DNA from: Heptranchias perlo
Lineage: Eukaryota
DNA: 64,000 nucleotides
Direction of reading: 5' to 3'
NCBI RefSeq assembly: GCF_035084215.1
Contig: NW_027139558.1
Location: 62,001-126,000 of the forward strand
This document shows positions 1 through 11,974 of the stretch, piece by piece; the first letter of the stretch is position 1; each line of letters opens with the position of its first letter. The notes under the pieces were generated by a model. That model searched no databases, was not told the origin of the DNA, and saw only the letters and a list, made by a program, of their open reading frames with translations. A program made the translations under genes and the position numbers.

Positions 1-204
1 GATTCTGAGCCAAATTACTTTCCGTTCCTGATGTGTTCTCGAGCTTTACTTTCCTAATGAGCTGCTCGTTCTTAGTTCAGCAGACAAGGAAGTGCGGGAC
101 CAATTCCATGTCGTCCTTTATTGTCCCACTGGCTAAGATTTCAAATCTCCTTTGTTATTATATTAACCAGGATTGGTTGTCGTGCATTAAAAGTGGTTGT
201 GAGA

Positions 205-560
205 GAAAGGTCTTGCATTTATATAGCGCCTTTCATGACCTCAGGACGTCCCAGGGTGCTTTACAGCCTGTGAAGGACTTGTTGAAGTGCAGTCACTGTT
301 AGAATGTAGGGAACGCTGCAGCTAATTTGTGCACAGCAAGATCCCACAAACAGCAATGTGGTAATGACCAGATAATCTGTGCTTTAGTGATGTTGGTTGA
401 AGGATAAATATTGGGCGGGACACCGAGGAGAACTCCCCTGCTCCTCCTCCAATAGTGCAGTGAGACCTTTCACATCCACCTGAGAGGGGCAGACGGGGCC
501 TCGGTTTAACGTCTCATCCGAAAGACGGCACCTCCGACAATGCAGCACTCCCTCACCGTT
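205..560 (-). mobile_element. Deu-domain SINE (SacSINE1-like)
   Basis: Core ggcctcggtttaacgtctcatccgaaagacggcacctccgac..gcagcactccctc, seen in at least 7 copies in the window. Confidence 0.75.
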
Positions 561-797
561 CCCTGTCCCCTATTTCAGTGGATGCAGTAACCCATTAATT
601 AGTGAACAAAGTGATTTGATACCAGTGGGGGAGCTCATTAATACCCCACTGGTAAAAATAACGAGCTCATTAATAGCTTCCAGGCTCCCAGTCTTCCCGT
701 ATCCAGCTATATTTTCCCCATTTCCACTGCCTCCTTTTCCTGTACAACAGGCAAACTTGAGGGGAATTCTCAGGAGAACCTTTTCCAGAAAATAACA

Positions 798-1066
798 TTT
801 GGGGAGAGAGTCTCCGAGTAATTTGGGGACATGAGGTGCGGGAAGTGGAACAGGGCTCGGGAGGAACAGGTGACTTTGGACCAATGGCTCCCCAAAGCTC
901 TCCACCACTGGGGGTTTTCCTCACCTCATGTCTGGGTCTGTTGGAGACTAATTGATGGAGATCGATTGCTCTGATTAGTCAACAACTCCATTATCCTCGT
1001 ATCACACGGCGACCAGGGTGGGAGAAGGGGAACCAGACGGCCCTTGGTCTTTCTCGGTCCACCAAT
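798..1066 (+). repeat. 269-bp direct repeat, copy 1
   Basis: Matches 13432-13700 with one visible mismatch. Confidence 0.9.
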
Positions 1067-1602
1067 TCCCATGTCCCTAAGCCGCTCATATCAATGACAA
1101 ATAGCAAGATTCCCAAGACCGCCGACTGGATCTCCCCTTCATGAGTCACTTCAAACCCTGAGAAGCCGTCAGTGGATACTGGGTGTTCCCAGATTGTGTA
1201 TCAGGCACCGTATCTTCTGGTTTCTGTTCTGTGACACTTTCCCTAAAGTACGGATTGGTTTGTGTGTCTGATTAACAGAAGCTGTATCGCCAAGGGCCAG
1301 AATTAGATGAGTGATTTACTGCTCCGACACCGTCAGTTTTAGCCTGTGTAATCGAAAAGAATAAGGAGAGAGAAAGAGAGAATTCCTCTCTCCCGCCCTC
1401 CTTTCTATCCCCGTCAATCACGCGCATTAACCCAATAGTGCAGTTTTTTTATGGAACGATGAACATTGGTCACTGAAAAAACGGATTCTTCAAAATGCAA
1501 CTGGAAATAGTCACTTTTTTTACACATTGTTATTTGCAGCTTTCTGTATTTTCCAGTTTTATCCCAAAAAACAAGATTTCAACAATCCTGCACAACTTGG
1601 AA

Positions 1603-2915
1603 ATCTCTCTCCATCTCTATCTCTCCCTCTCCATCTCTCCCTGTCTCTCTCTGTTACTCTCACTCCATCTCTATCTCTCCCTGTCTCTCTCTGTTACTCT
1701 CTCTCCATCTCGATCTCTCCCTGTCTCTCTCTGTTACTCTCTCTCCATCTCAATCTCTCCCTGTCTCTCTCTGTTGCTCTCTCTCCATCTCTATCTCTAT
1801 CTCTCCCCATCTCTCTCTTACTCTCTCTCCATCTCCATCTCTCCCCATCTCTCTCTGTTACTCTCGCTCCATCTCTATCTCTCCCCATCTCTCTCTGTTA
1901 CTCTCTCTCCATCTCCATCTCTCCCCATCTCTCTCTGTTACTCTCTCTCCATCTTTATCTCTCCCTGTCACTCTCTCTCCATCTCTATCTCTCCCTGTCT
2001 CTCTCTCTTACTCTCTCTCCATCTCCATCACTCCCTTTCTCTCTCTGTTACTCTCCCTCCATCTTTATCTCTCCCTTTCTCTCTCTGTTACCTCACTCCA
2101 TCTCTATCTCTCCCCATCTTTCTCTGTTGCTCTCTTTCATCTCTATCTCTCCCTGTCTCTCTCTCCATCTCTATCTCTCCCTGTCTCTCTCTCTTACTCT
2201 CTCTCCATCTCTATCTCTCCCTCTCCATCTCTCCCTTTCTCTCTCTGTTACTCTCACTCCATCTCTATCTCTCCCTGTCTCTCTCTGTTGCTCTCTCTCC
2301 ATCTCTATCTCTATCTCTCCCCATCTCTCTCTTACGCTCCCTCCATCTCGATCTCTCCCTTTCTCTCTCTGTTACTCTCTCTCCATCTCCATCTCTCTCC
2401 ATCTCTCTCTGTTACTCTCTCTCCATCTCTATCTCTCCCCATCTCTCTCTGTTACTCTCTCTCCATGTCTATCTCTCCCTGTCACTCTCTCTCCATCTCT
2501 ATCTCTCTCTGTCTCTCTCTCTTACTCTCTCTCCATCTCTATCTCTCCCTTTCTCTCTCTGTTACTCTCCCTCCATCTTTATTTCTCCCTTTCTCTCTCT
2601 GTTCCCTCACTCCATCTCTATCTCTCCCCATCTTTCTCTGTTACTCTCTTTCCATCTCTAGCTCTCCCTGTCTCTCTCTCCATCTCTATCTCTCCCGGTC
2701 TCTCTCTTACTCTCTCTCCATCTTTATCTCTCCCTTTCTCTCTATGTTACTCTCTCTCCATCTCTATCTCTCCCTTTCTCTCTCTGTTACTCTCTCTCCA
2801 TCTTTATCTCTCCCTGTCTCTCTCTCCATCTCTATCTCTCCCTGTCTCTCTCTGTTACTCTCTCACCATCTCTATCTCTCCCTTTCTCTCTCTGTTACTC
2901 TCTCTCCATCTCTAT
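1603..2915. repeat. CT-rich compound microsatellite in the J-C intron
   Basis: Units such as ctctctccatctctatctctccctgtctctctctgtta. Confidence 0.95.
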
Positions 2916-3169
2916 CCTGCCCAATCTCCACACTTGCTCCTTAGTTTTCCAGCGAGATCCCCGGTCAAAATCTGGGGAATTGAACGTTCTGTGATGAACA
3001 TTGTGTCATTGTTCATATCTCTCTGTCGGGTCAAACTATTGCCCTTCCAATCCTCGCCTTGTGTCTGAGTTCAGTAACAACAGCCATTAATTGCCTTCTT
3101 GCTTTCCTGTCCTTGACCTCATCTCGTTGCACCTCCACCACCTCAGCTCACATTTTCTTTCTAATTCCT

Positions 3170-3430
3170 TAGGCCAGTGTGGCCGCCATTTATTTCCCAC
3201 CTCCAGTTGCCCTGAGGGGGGATTAAGAGTCAGCCATGTGGTGTGTGGGACTGGAGTCACGTGTAGGCCCAGACCAGGGAGGGGCGGCAGATTCCCTTCC
3301 CTCAAGAACTTTAATGAACCAGTTGGGTTTTTTTTACCAGGTCATTTTATCTGGTGCCAGCCCAGAAATCACCAGATTTAATGGCCTCGATTTCCCAACT
3401 TGCCGTGGTGGGATTTGAACTCGTAACCTC
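3170..3430 (-). mobile_element. tRNA-type SINE, second family
   Basis: Reverse complement of the body of 9860-10200. Further copies at 54780-55090 and 63400-63660. Confidence 0.6.
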
Positions 3431-3654
3431 TTCCACAATGTATCTCTACGGGTCCTATTTGCCCTCTTACCCAGATTACCATTCCCACCAGGTTATGCCT
3501 GTCACTTGTGTGAGACTCTCTGGGATTTCAATCTCCCGATCAATGTCACCCCAAAACAAGTCTCCGTTATTCGAATAACTTGGTGCCAAATCCTTCCATT
3601 TCTGTAAACTCCTGTCATCTGGTGCTAACAGTTATATGGGAAACATTAATTGGT

Positions 3655-3770
3655 TTCGGGAGGGCAGACAGGGCCTCGGTTTAACGTCTCACCCGAAAGA
3701 CGGCACCTCCGACAGTGCAGCACTCCCTCAGCAGTGGAATGGAGTGTCGGCCTAGATTATGCGCTCAAGA
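3655..3770 (-). mobile_element. Deu-SINE fragment
   Basis: Deu core motif. Confidence 0.65.
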
Positions 3771-3913
3771 CTTCAAAACATAAGCCCCTTGCGTAGCAGT
3801 GTAATCGTTTTCGGAAATGGCTGGTTTTATACAGAACAAAATCCCTCCTGCTGCGGACGCCTGTAATGTATTTGTTGACTGGACTTATCCGTCTGCACCT
3901 ATTTACCTTTCAG

Positions 3914-4240
3914 ATGTCCAGTCCGCACCCTCCGTCTACATCGCCAACCCTTACTGCGGCACGAGCTCCGACCAAGATGAGATCAGCCTCCTGTGTCTGG
4001 TCAAGGACTTTCGGCCCGAGAGCATCAGTCAGATATGGTCCACTGACAGTGGAGACATCTCCACCGGAATCAAGAAATATCCGGCAGCCTTGGGGCAAAA
4101 CATGAAGTACACAATGAGCGTTGTGCTCAAAGTCTCTGCCTCAGATTGGAAAACCAAAAGTTTCTACGCTTGCAAGGCGGGATTCAAGCCGGACGAGATG
4201 GTGGAAGCTCAGATCATCCCCAAAAAACCTGAACCGAAAC
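3914..4240 (+). CDS. IgW: IgW heavy chain CH1 exon
   Basis: ttttcag acceptor and gtgagt donor, phase 1/1, 327 bp. DVQSAPSVYIANPYC..SLLCLVKDFRPE..W..YACKAG is a C1-set Ig domain with an extra N-terminal Cys (expected light-chain link). Confidence 0.92.
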
Positions 4241-4309
4241 GTGAGTACAAGATATTATTTACCATTTAAAACTGCACTGGTGTCGGGGTGAAATTGGACA
4301 AGGAAACTT

Positions 4310-4745
4310 CGAATCATAGAACGGTTACATCACAGAAGGAGGCCATTCGGCCCGTCGAGCCCGTGCCAGCTCTTTGTAAGAGCGATCCAGTTAGTCCCAC
4401 TCTCCCCCGCTCTTTCCCCGGAGCCCTGCTAATTTTTTCCCTTCAAGTATTTATCCAGTTCCTTTTTGAAAGCCACGATTAAATCCACCTTCTCTGTCAG
4501 GCAGCGCATTCCAGATCAGAACCACTCGCTGCCTCAAAAAGATTTTCCCCACGTCCCCTTTGGTTCTTTTGCCGATCACCTTAAATCTGCGTCCTCTGGT
4601 TACCGACCCTCCCGCCGATGGGAACAGTTTTCTCTTTATTTACTTTATCCGAACCCTTCATGATTTTGAACACCTCTCTCAAATCTCCCCTTGACCTTCT
4701 CTGCTCCAAGGAGAACAACCCCAGTTTCTCCGGTCTCTCCACGTA
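4310..4745 (-). mobile_element. CR1 LINE 3' fragment
   Basis: gaatcatagaa tail, ggccattcggccc, and antisense RGDL.EVFKIMKGFD motif. Confidence 0.8.
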
Positions 4746-5079
4746 ATTTCCCCCCAACCAATGTCACAGGTCGTTGCACGATAGAACCTGCCTGAATTCT
4801 CGTGCCCATATATTCTATCCCTGTCGGCCAGCGGTGCTGATGGGAATGAAATAAAGGACAACGAGAAATCACGTGAGATTGGACACGGGCGGGGAACGCA
4901 AAATCGGCGGGATCGCATTTGCCGCCCGTTATACGACACGCCCGATAATCAGTTCCATTAAAGTCAATGGGACTGAGTATCGAGGGGAGAGGATGACGGG
5001 GTTCCAACTTGGGGAATGGAGTCCACCTTCACTGTGGCCAAAACAATCTCCTCATCTGAAATATTCCAATGTCTTCCAG

Positions 5080-5385
5080 CTCAAGCTCCAAAGCTCATCT
5101 CCCTTGTTCCATCCCTGGAGGTTGTCTACAATCAAACCACTGCTGTCCTGGGCTGTGTAATATCGGAATTCTATCCCGACGCTGTGAAGGTTTCCTGGAG
5201 GAAAGCCGGAGTGCAGCAAGAGGCTGTTGTTCTCCCTTCAAACACGAGAAAAGACGGTGACTTCGAAACGGTCACTTTCCTGACGGTGCCGACGGTGGAA
5301 TGGACCGAAAGGGATGTCTACACTTGTGAAGTGACCCACGCACCTTCGAACTTCAATGGGAGGATCAGCATGTGGTATCGAGGGG
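5080..5385 (+). CDS. IgW: IgW CH2 exon
   Basis: ttccag/gtaag, 306 bp. QAPKLISLVPS..LGCVISEFYPDAVKVSW..YTCEVTH is a C1-set domain. Confidence 0.92.
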
Positions 5386-5969
5386 GTAAGTGGTGTCTGA
5401 GGGGGAAAAGGACGTCCTGTGGGGAATTCCACCTTATATTAACTTAATGTGCTGACCCCTGGCCTTCAATCTGTTAACCACTGTCCCTAATATCCACCTC
5501 GTTGGGAGAGGCGAGATTTTCAGTCTTGTGTGTTTTGATATTGAACCGACATTTAAAAGGGGGTAAATTTAACCTGACGCACGGGGCGGGGAAACTGCCT
5601 GGATTGGGTCGACCCCCCCCTCTCCCCGATTTACCCCCTTGCCCGATTTTACTCTCCGCTCCCCCCGTCTCCCTCGGGAGCCTGTTCCATAGATTGACCA
5701 CTCACTCACTGAAATATTGGTTCCCAATTGACCCTCCCCGTGCCCTCCCGCTCCCCCCACTTCGAGCGCAGGCCGTGTCCTCTGGTTCTACTGTTCTGGA
5801 CACGGTGAAACAGCTTGTCGTGGTCTCCACGATCGAGAGACTTTCGCAGCCGAAAAACTCAGGACGGAGCAGAGTTCAGGGGCCCGTGTGGAGCTCCCAC
5901 TTTCCCAGCACAGGGGAGGGGGGAGATGAGAATGTTTAACACTTAAATCTGCAACTCTTCCATTTCCAG

Positions 5970-6100
5970 GTGGGAACTCCACTTGTTCTTGTTCTGGGTG
6001 TATGCCGAGATTCATCCAACAGACTCAGCTTAATATGATGCTCGCCGATGGGACCGAGCGCGAATATCAATGTCGCCATCAAATGTGCACAATAAAATGA
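5970..6100 (+). CDS. IgW: IgW short-form (2-CH) Cys-rich secretory tail exon
   Basis: catttccag acceptor in phase with CH2. Encodes GGNSTCSCSGCMPRFIQQTQLNMMLADGTEREYQCRHQMCTIK* (5 Cys), with AATAAA at 6091-6096. Resembles the Cys-rich tail of short IgW/IgX. Absent from the ORF track. Confidence 0.85.
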
Positions 6101-6477
6101 TTGGTTGTGAATTGAATTGGCCGTTGGATTTCATTACAAACCCGTTTGGGGGGTTCAAATCCTGCCCAGGGTGTCCGTGGGGATGAAAGTGTATCGGAGA
6201 GCCAGCATCTTTGTCGGAGATGCGGAGAGAGGGGGGAAAGTGTTTCTTTTTAATTCCCCCCCCCCGCACGGGGTAAACAGAATTAACCTCCTGTCACTCA
6301 ATATCAGCATTTTACAATAATAAGGGGAATTCACCCGACCCTGTGAGGTTTTATGATGGGAGACCACCCATTACCCGGGACTGTTAAACCTCGAGACTCG
6401 GTCACCAATGTAGGGCTGGGCTGAGCACCTTACAAAAACTGCAATAATTAATGTCAGCAGAGTGTAGATTAAATGTA

Positions 6478-6916
6478 AATTTACAAATCATTGACTGTAA
6501 ACGGTGTATATTAAACCTAAGTTTACAAATCATTGACTATAAACGGTGTATATTAAACCAAAGTTCACAAATCATTGACTGTAAACGGTGTATATTAAAC
6601 CAAAGTTCACAAATCAATGACTATAAACGGTGTATATTAAACCAAAGTTCACAAATCATTGACTGTAAACGGTGTATATTAAACCAAAGTTTACAAATCA
6701 TTGACTATAAACGGTGTATATTAAACCAAAGTTTACAAATCATTGACGATAAATGGTGTATATTAAACCAAAGTTTACAAATCATTGACTATAAACGGTG
6801 TATATTAAACCAAAGTTTACAGATCATTGACTATAAACGGTGTATATTAAACCAAAGTTCACAAATCATTGACTATAAACGGTGTATATTAAACCTAAGT
6901 TTACAAATCATTGACT
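6478..6916. repeat. 42-bp minisatellite (~10 copies)
   Basis: Unit tttacaaatcattgactataaacggtgtatattaaaccaaag. Confidence 0.95.
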
Positions 6917-7514
6917 GGATACGGTGAGAAGCTTTAATGTGACCAATCCCAAATTTTGGAAGGAAGTTGCTGACCATTTTGTTCAAACAGAAGGGGGAGA
7001 TAACATCTTAATTTAATAAAAGACACGGTCCTCTCAGGCAGACACGGTCTGCTGAACATCGGCTCCAACTGCAGACGGAGCAATTGATTCGAGATGTTCA
7101 TTAAAGGTTTTGATCCTGACACAAAGATAGTCGTCCCTCCCCAAGTGTTAACTTCACATTATATCACGGTAGAACAGCTGCTGTGGACCAAAGCAGACAG
7201 CTTAGTTGTGATTTGCACAGTGAGTGTGTGTGTTAATCGTGCACTGAACACACGGAGAGCTGTGGGATCTCTGACGTGAGGTTGGTCCTTTGGGAGACGA
7301 GTGACAATGGAGATAATGGGTGAAGAATTCGATAAATCCTCCTCTTCCTCGTCCAATGACTCAGGGACATGAAACGGGGAGGAAGTACAGGTTATGGAGA
7401 AAAGATCCCCAACCAGTAGCAAGAGGGGGGACCTTCTGTCACCTCCTCTGATTCATGGGTTGCTCTGCCGTTACAAACTAACGTTCTTCCTTGACAGGGA
7501 GTCATGAACAACAA

Positions 7515-7925
7515 CACCCTGCATTTATATAGCGCCTTTAATGGAGCAAAACGTCCCAAGGGGCTTCACAGGAGCGTAATCAGACAGAAATTGACATTGA
7601 GCCAAAGAAGGAGATATTAGGACAGGTGACCTAAAGCTTGGTCAAAGGGGCAGGTTTTAAGGAGGGTCTTAAAGGACGAGAGAGAGGAGGCAAATCATTG
7701 AGGTTTAGGGAGGGAATTCCAGAGATTAGGGCCTAGACGGCTGAAGGCACGGCCGCCAATAGTGGGGCGGAGGGAGTGGGCCATGTCCAAAAGCCCAGAG
7801 TTGGAGGAAGGCAGAGATCTCGGAGGGTTGTAGGGCTGGAGAAGGTCACAGAGATCGGGAGGCGGGGGGCGAGGCCATGGAGGGGGGATTGGAACAGGAG
7901 GAAAGAATTTTAAAATTGAGGCATC
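7515..7925 (-). mobile_element. L2-like LINE 3' fragment
   Basis: Tail gcatttatatagcgccttt shared with the Deu-SINE, followed by L2-type 3' sequence. Confidence 0.6.
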
Positions 7926-8521
7926 CGGGGCTCACTCCGAGTGGAGAAGAGGGGTCCTCATTGACTCAGTGTGCTCAGTGTCACAAATCAATCCACAGCT
8001 CACACCAGGTGTCTGAGCAAACAAGCTTTTATCCAATTGTTTCTTTTGCTAACCAGTCTGCATCTCTCTCTCGCTCCATCCCACAAACCTGAGATTGCAT
8101 TTTATTAACATCACTGGAACTAAATGTCGCTCAGCCCCGCAACTCAATCGCAGTCCCCATTGTGGATCCAGTGGGCACGGTTACGGGAAACGCATTAAAA
8201 TCGCATCCCGGCAGTTCTTGATGCTTTGATGATGTTTTCTCGGTCAAAACATGCAAACCAAGAAATGCAAGATATATTTTAAACAACCCTGGGATTTGCT
8301 AATGTTCGATTTGCTGCAAATTTAGCTCCAGTACAGTTTGATCCAATAACAGCCCAAGATATTACAGGTTAAAAAGGACTCAGGTTAAAACTGTTTACAG
8401 TCACTTCTGTCTTGACCTTCCATCACTGATCACCAATAGAAAAGGCTCTCCTAAAATTCTGAAGCCCCTTGACACCAGATATTGTCCATTCTTCTGAAGG
8501 TTTCCCCTTTCTCATTCCCAG

Positions 8522-8824
8522 GAATGTCTGTCTTTATCCGAAATCCTTCTATTGAAGAGGTTTGGATCAACAACACTGCTACCCTGGTGTGCGAGGTGGT
8601 CTGTGCCGATCCGAGCCAGGTCCAGATCTCCTGGGAGGTGAACGGGAAGGAGAGAAGTGAAGGGATTGTGACCCAGGGGCCGAGAGAGGAAGGGTCCCAA
8701 CGCACGGTCGTCAGCCGACTCCGAACCAGCGCGATGGAGTGGGCCAGTGGGGTAGAGTACGTGTGCTCTGCCCAAGGTCCTTCCTCATCCTCGCCCGTGT
8801 CCAAACGGACAAGAAGTGCAAAAG
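8522..8824 (+). CDS. IgW: IgW CH3 exon
   Basis: ttcccag/gtgggc, 303 bp. MSVFIRNPSIEEVW..ATLVCEV..ISW..EYVCSA. Confidence 0.92.
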
Positions 8825-8914
8825 GTGGGCAAGAGATCAGAAATTAAAGGCCTGCCTTTGATAACCTTGAGGGGAAAGAGTTTAACACTTTCTTTGTTTG
8901 CCCGTCTGTTCCAG

Positions 8915-9232
8915 TCGAGCCCAAGAGTCCCACGGTCAGACTGCTGCCTCCACCAGCCCAAGAGACCAAGAGTAAGAACACGGCCACACTCGAGTGTATG
9001 ATCACGGGATTCTACCCGGACCTCATACACGTCTCCTGGGAGAAAGACGGCTCCCCGATCTCCTCCAACACCAGCGCTGCACCCACCGCCCTGGAACAGG
9101 CGAGGACTTTCAGCGCCAGGCACTACCTGACCGTGAGTACAGAGGAGTGGAAGAAAGGCTCAGTCTTCACCTGTACAGTGTCTCATCCACCCACCAACTC
9201 CACCACCAGCCAGGAGGTGAAGGACGTTCAAG
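8915..9232 (+). CDS. IgW: IgW CH4 exon
   Basis: ttccag/gtaagg, 318 bp, after a 90-bp intron. EPKSPTVRLLPP..TLECMITGFYPD..VSW..FTCTVSH. Confidence 0.92.
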
Positions 9233-9334
9233 GTAAGGTCCTGGGCCTGACTCCAATATTGACATCCTTTGTCCCCACTGCTATAAACTCCACTCGGACC
9301 AGACAAGTTCAACACTGACGCCATAGATATGGGA

Positions 9335-10200
9335 ACGTAGTGGTTAATGTGACGGGACTAGTAATCCAGAGGCCTGGGCTAAGAAGGAAAGAAACACTTG
9401 CATTTATGTAGCGCCTTTCACAACCTCAGGACGTCCCAAAGCGCTTTGCAGCCAATGAAGTACTTTCTTTTAGTCAATGTTGTAATGTAGGGAACGCGGG
9501 AGCCAATTTGCGCACAGCAAGATCCCACAAACAGCAACGTGATAATGACCAGATCATCTGTTTTAGTGCTGTTGGTTGAGGGATAAATATTGGCCCCAGA
9601 ACACCAGGGAGAACTCCCCAGCTCTTCTTCGAAATAGTGCCATGGGATCTTTTCGATCCACCTGAGAGGGGCGGACGGGGCCTGGGTTTAATGTCTCAGC
9701 CGAGAGACGGCACCTCCGACAGTGCAGCACTCCCTCAGTACTGACCGGGGATTGTCGGCCTGGGTTATGGGCTCAAGTCTCTGGAGTGGGGCTCTGGGCC
9801 CACAACCTTCTGACCACAGAGGCGAGGGTCCGACCCACTGAGCCAAGGCTGACACTTACAGTTAATAATCCACAGAACTGAGTTCAAATCCCACCAGGGC
9901 AGTTGGAGAATTTGAAATCAGTTTGAAAAGTGAAAACTGGAAATGAAAAGTTGGTCTCAGTAAAAGTGAGCGTGAACCAGGAAAAACCCAACTGGTTCGT
10001 TAACGTCCCTTTGGGGAAGGAAACCTGCCGTCCTTCCCCTGTCTGGCCTACACGTGACTCCCGTCTCACACCAAAGTGGTCGACTCTTAATTGCCCTCTG
10101 AAGGGGCCCAGCAAGCCACTCAGTTGTATCTCTGGAGATGAGCAAGACATGGCGGCCTTGCCAGCGACGCCCACATCCCATGAGGGAATCATGAAATAAT
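9335..10200. mobile_element. nested SINEs: tRNA-type SINE (+) interrupted by a Deu-SINE (-, ~9395-9858)
   Basis: A-box-like tagtggttaatg at ~9339, B-box gttcaaatccc at ~9881, with the Deu-SINE between them. Confidence 0.7.
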
Positions 10201-10220
10201 AATGATAATATTTCTCCCAG

Positions 10221-10541
10221 ATCAATGTTTGGACACCGGCATCTCAGTCACCTTAAGCAAACCTTCCTTCGAAGAGATCTGGAGGAACAGGACGGCAACC
10301 ATTATTTGTGAGGTGCTTCACGGTGATTTAGAGGGGGTGAGGGTAACCTGGCAGGTGGACGGAAAGGAGCGAGAAGATGGGGTGAAGACTCAGGGGCCCG
10401 AGAGGAATGGAGATAAAGAAAGGATCTCCAGCAGACTGACGGTCCCCGCCGCAGAGTGGGAGAGTGGGGTCGAGTATTTGTGTTTGGTGGAGGACGAGAG
10501 TTTGCCAACGCCGGAGAAGAGGGCGATCAAGAAGATGCAAG
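10221..10541 (+). CDS. IgW: IgW CH5 exon
   Basis: ctcccag/gtaggt, 321 bp. DQCLDTGISVTLSKPSFEEIW..IICEV..VTW..EYLCLV. Confidence 0.92.
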
Positions 10542-10589
10542 GTAGGTGTGGACAGAGCTCGGTGTGAGTCTGATCTTAGCAAATGAAGG

Positions 10590-11935
10590 GATTTATTACC
10601 GTCTGGGGGGAAGCTGTCTAGCACAGGGGAGTGATTTATTACTGTCGAGGGGGAAGCTGTCTAGTACAGGGGAGTGATTTATTACTGTCTCGGGGGGAAG
10701 CTGTCTCGTACAGTGGAGTGATTTATTACTGTCTAGGGGGAAGCTGTCTAGTACAGGGGAGTGATTTATTACTGTCTAGGGGGAAGCTGTCTAGTACAGG
10801 GGAGTGATTTATTACTGTCTGGGGGGAAGCTGTCTAGTACAGGGGAGTGATTTATTACTGTCTGGGGGGAAGCTGTCTCGTACAGGGGAGTGATTTATTA
10901 CTGTCTCGAGGGAAGCTGTCTATTACAGGGGAGTGATTTATTACTGTCTCGAGGGAAGCTGTCTAGTACAGGGGAGTGATTTATTACTGTCGAGGGGGAA
11001 GCTGTCTATTACAGGGGAGTGATTTATTACTGTCTCGGGGGAAGCTGTCTAGTACAGGGGAGTGATTTATTACTGTCTCGAGGGAAGCTGTCTAGTACAG
11101 GGGAGTGATTTATTACTGTCGAGGGGGAAGCTGTCTCGTACAGGGGAGTGATTTATTACTGTCTCGAGGGAAGCTGTCTATTACAGGGGAGTGATTTATT
11201 ACTGTCTCGAGGGAAGCTGTCTAGTACAGAGGAGTGATTTATTACTGTCTAGGGGGAAGCTGTCTAGTACAGGGGAGTGATTTATTACTGTCTGGGGGGA
11301 AGCTGTCTAGTACAGGGGAGTGATTTATTACTGTCTCGAGGGAAGCTGTCTATTACAGGGGAGTGATTTATTACTGTCTCGAGGGAAGCTGTCTAGTACA
11401 GGGGAGTGATTTATTACTGTCGAGGGGGAAGCTGTCTAGTACAGGGGAGTGATTTATTACTGTCTGGGGGGAAGCTGTCTAGTACAGGGGAGTGATTTAT
11501 TACTGTCTGGGGGGAAGCTGTCTGGAACAGGGGAGTGATTTATTACTGTCGAGGGGGAAGCTGTCTAGTACAGGGGAGTGATTTATTACTGTCTGGGGGG
11601 AAGCTGTCTAGTACAGGGGAGTGATTTATTACTGTCTAGGGGGAAGCTGTCTAGTACAGGGGAGTGATTTATTACTGTCTCGAGGGAAGCTGTCGAGTAC
11701 AGGGGAGTGATTTATTACTGTCGAGGGGGAAGCTGTCTAGTACAGGGGAGTGATTTATTACTGTCGAGGGGGAAGCTGTCTAGTACAGGGGAGTGATTTA
11801 TTACTGTCTAGGGGGAAGCTGTCTAGTACAGGGGAGTGATTTATTACTGTCTGGGGGGAAGCTGTCTCGTACAGGGGAGTGATTTATTACTGTCTAGGGG
11901 GAAGCTGTCTAGTACAGGGGAGTGATTTATTACCG
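10590..11935. repeat. 43-bp G-rich minisatellite (~31 copies) in the CH5-CH6 intron
   Basis: Unit gggggaagctgtctagtacaggggagtgatttattactgtcta. Confidence 0.95.
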
Positions 11936-11974
11936 TCTGACAGTGGGAAATGGATTTACCTCTGGTGTTTCTCG

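Noticed and set aside
1495-3068. Long Leu/Ser-rich ORFs (388 and 513 aa)
   Set aside because: Translations of the CT microsatellite.
1-3900. JH segment for the first cluster
   Set aside because: No WGxG motif with RSS found. V, D and J probably lie upstream of the window.
5386-5447. CH2 read-through tail GKWCLRGKRTSCGEFHLILT*
   Set aside because: There is a strong GTAAG donor and a better tail exon at 5970, and no nearby AATAAA.
6451-6927. 158-aa repeat ORF (QIIDYKRCILNQS)n
   Set aside because: In-frame 42-bp intronic minisatellite with no supported splice sites.
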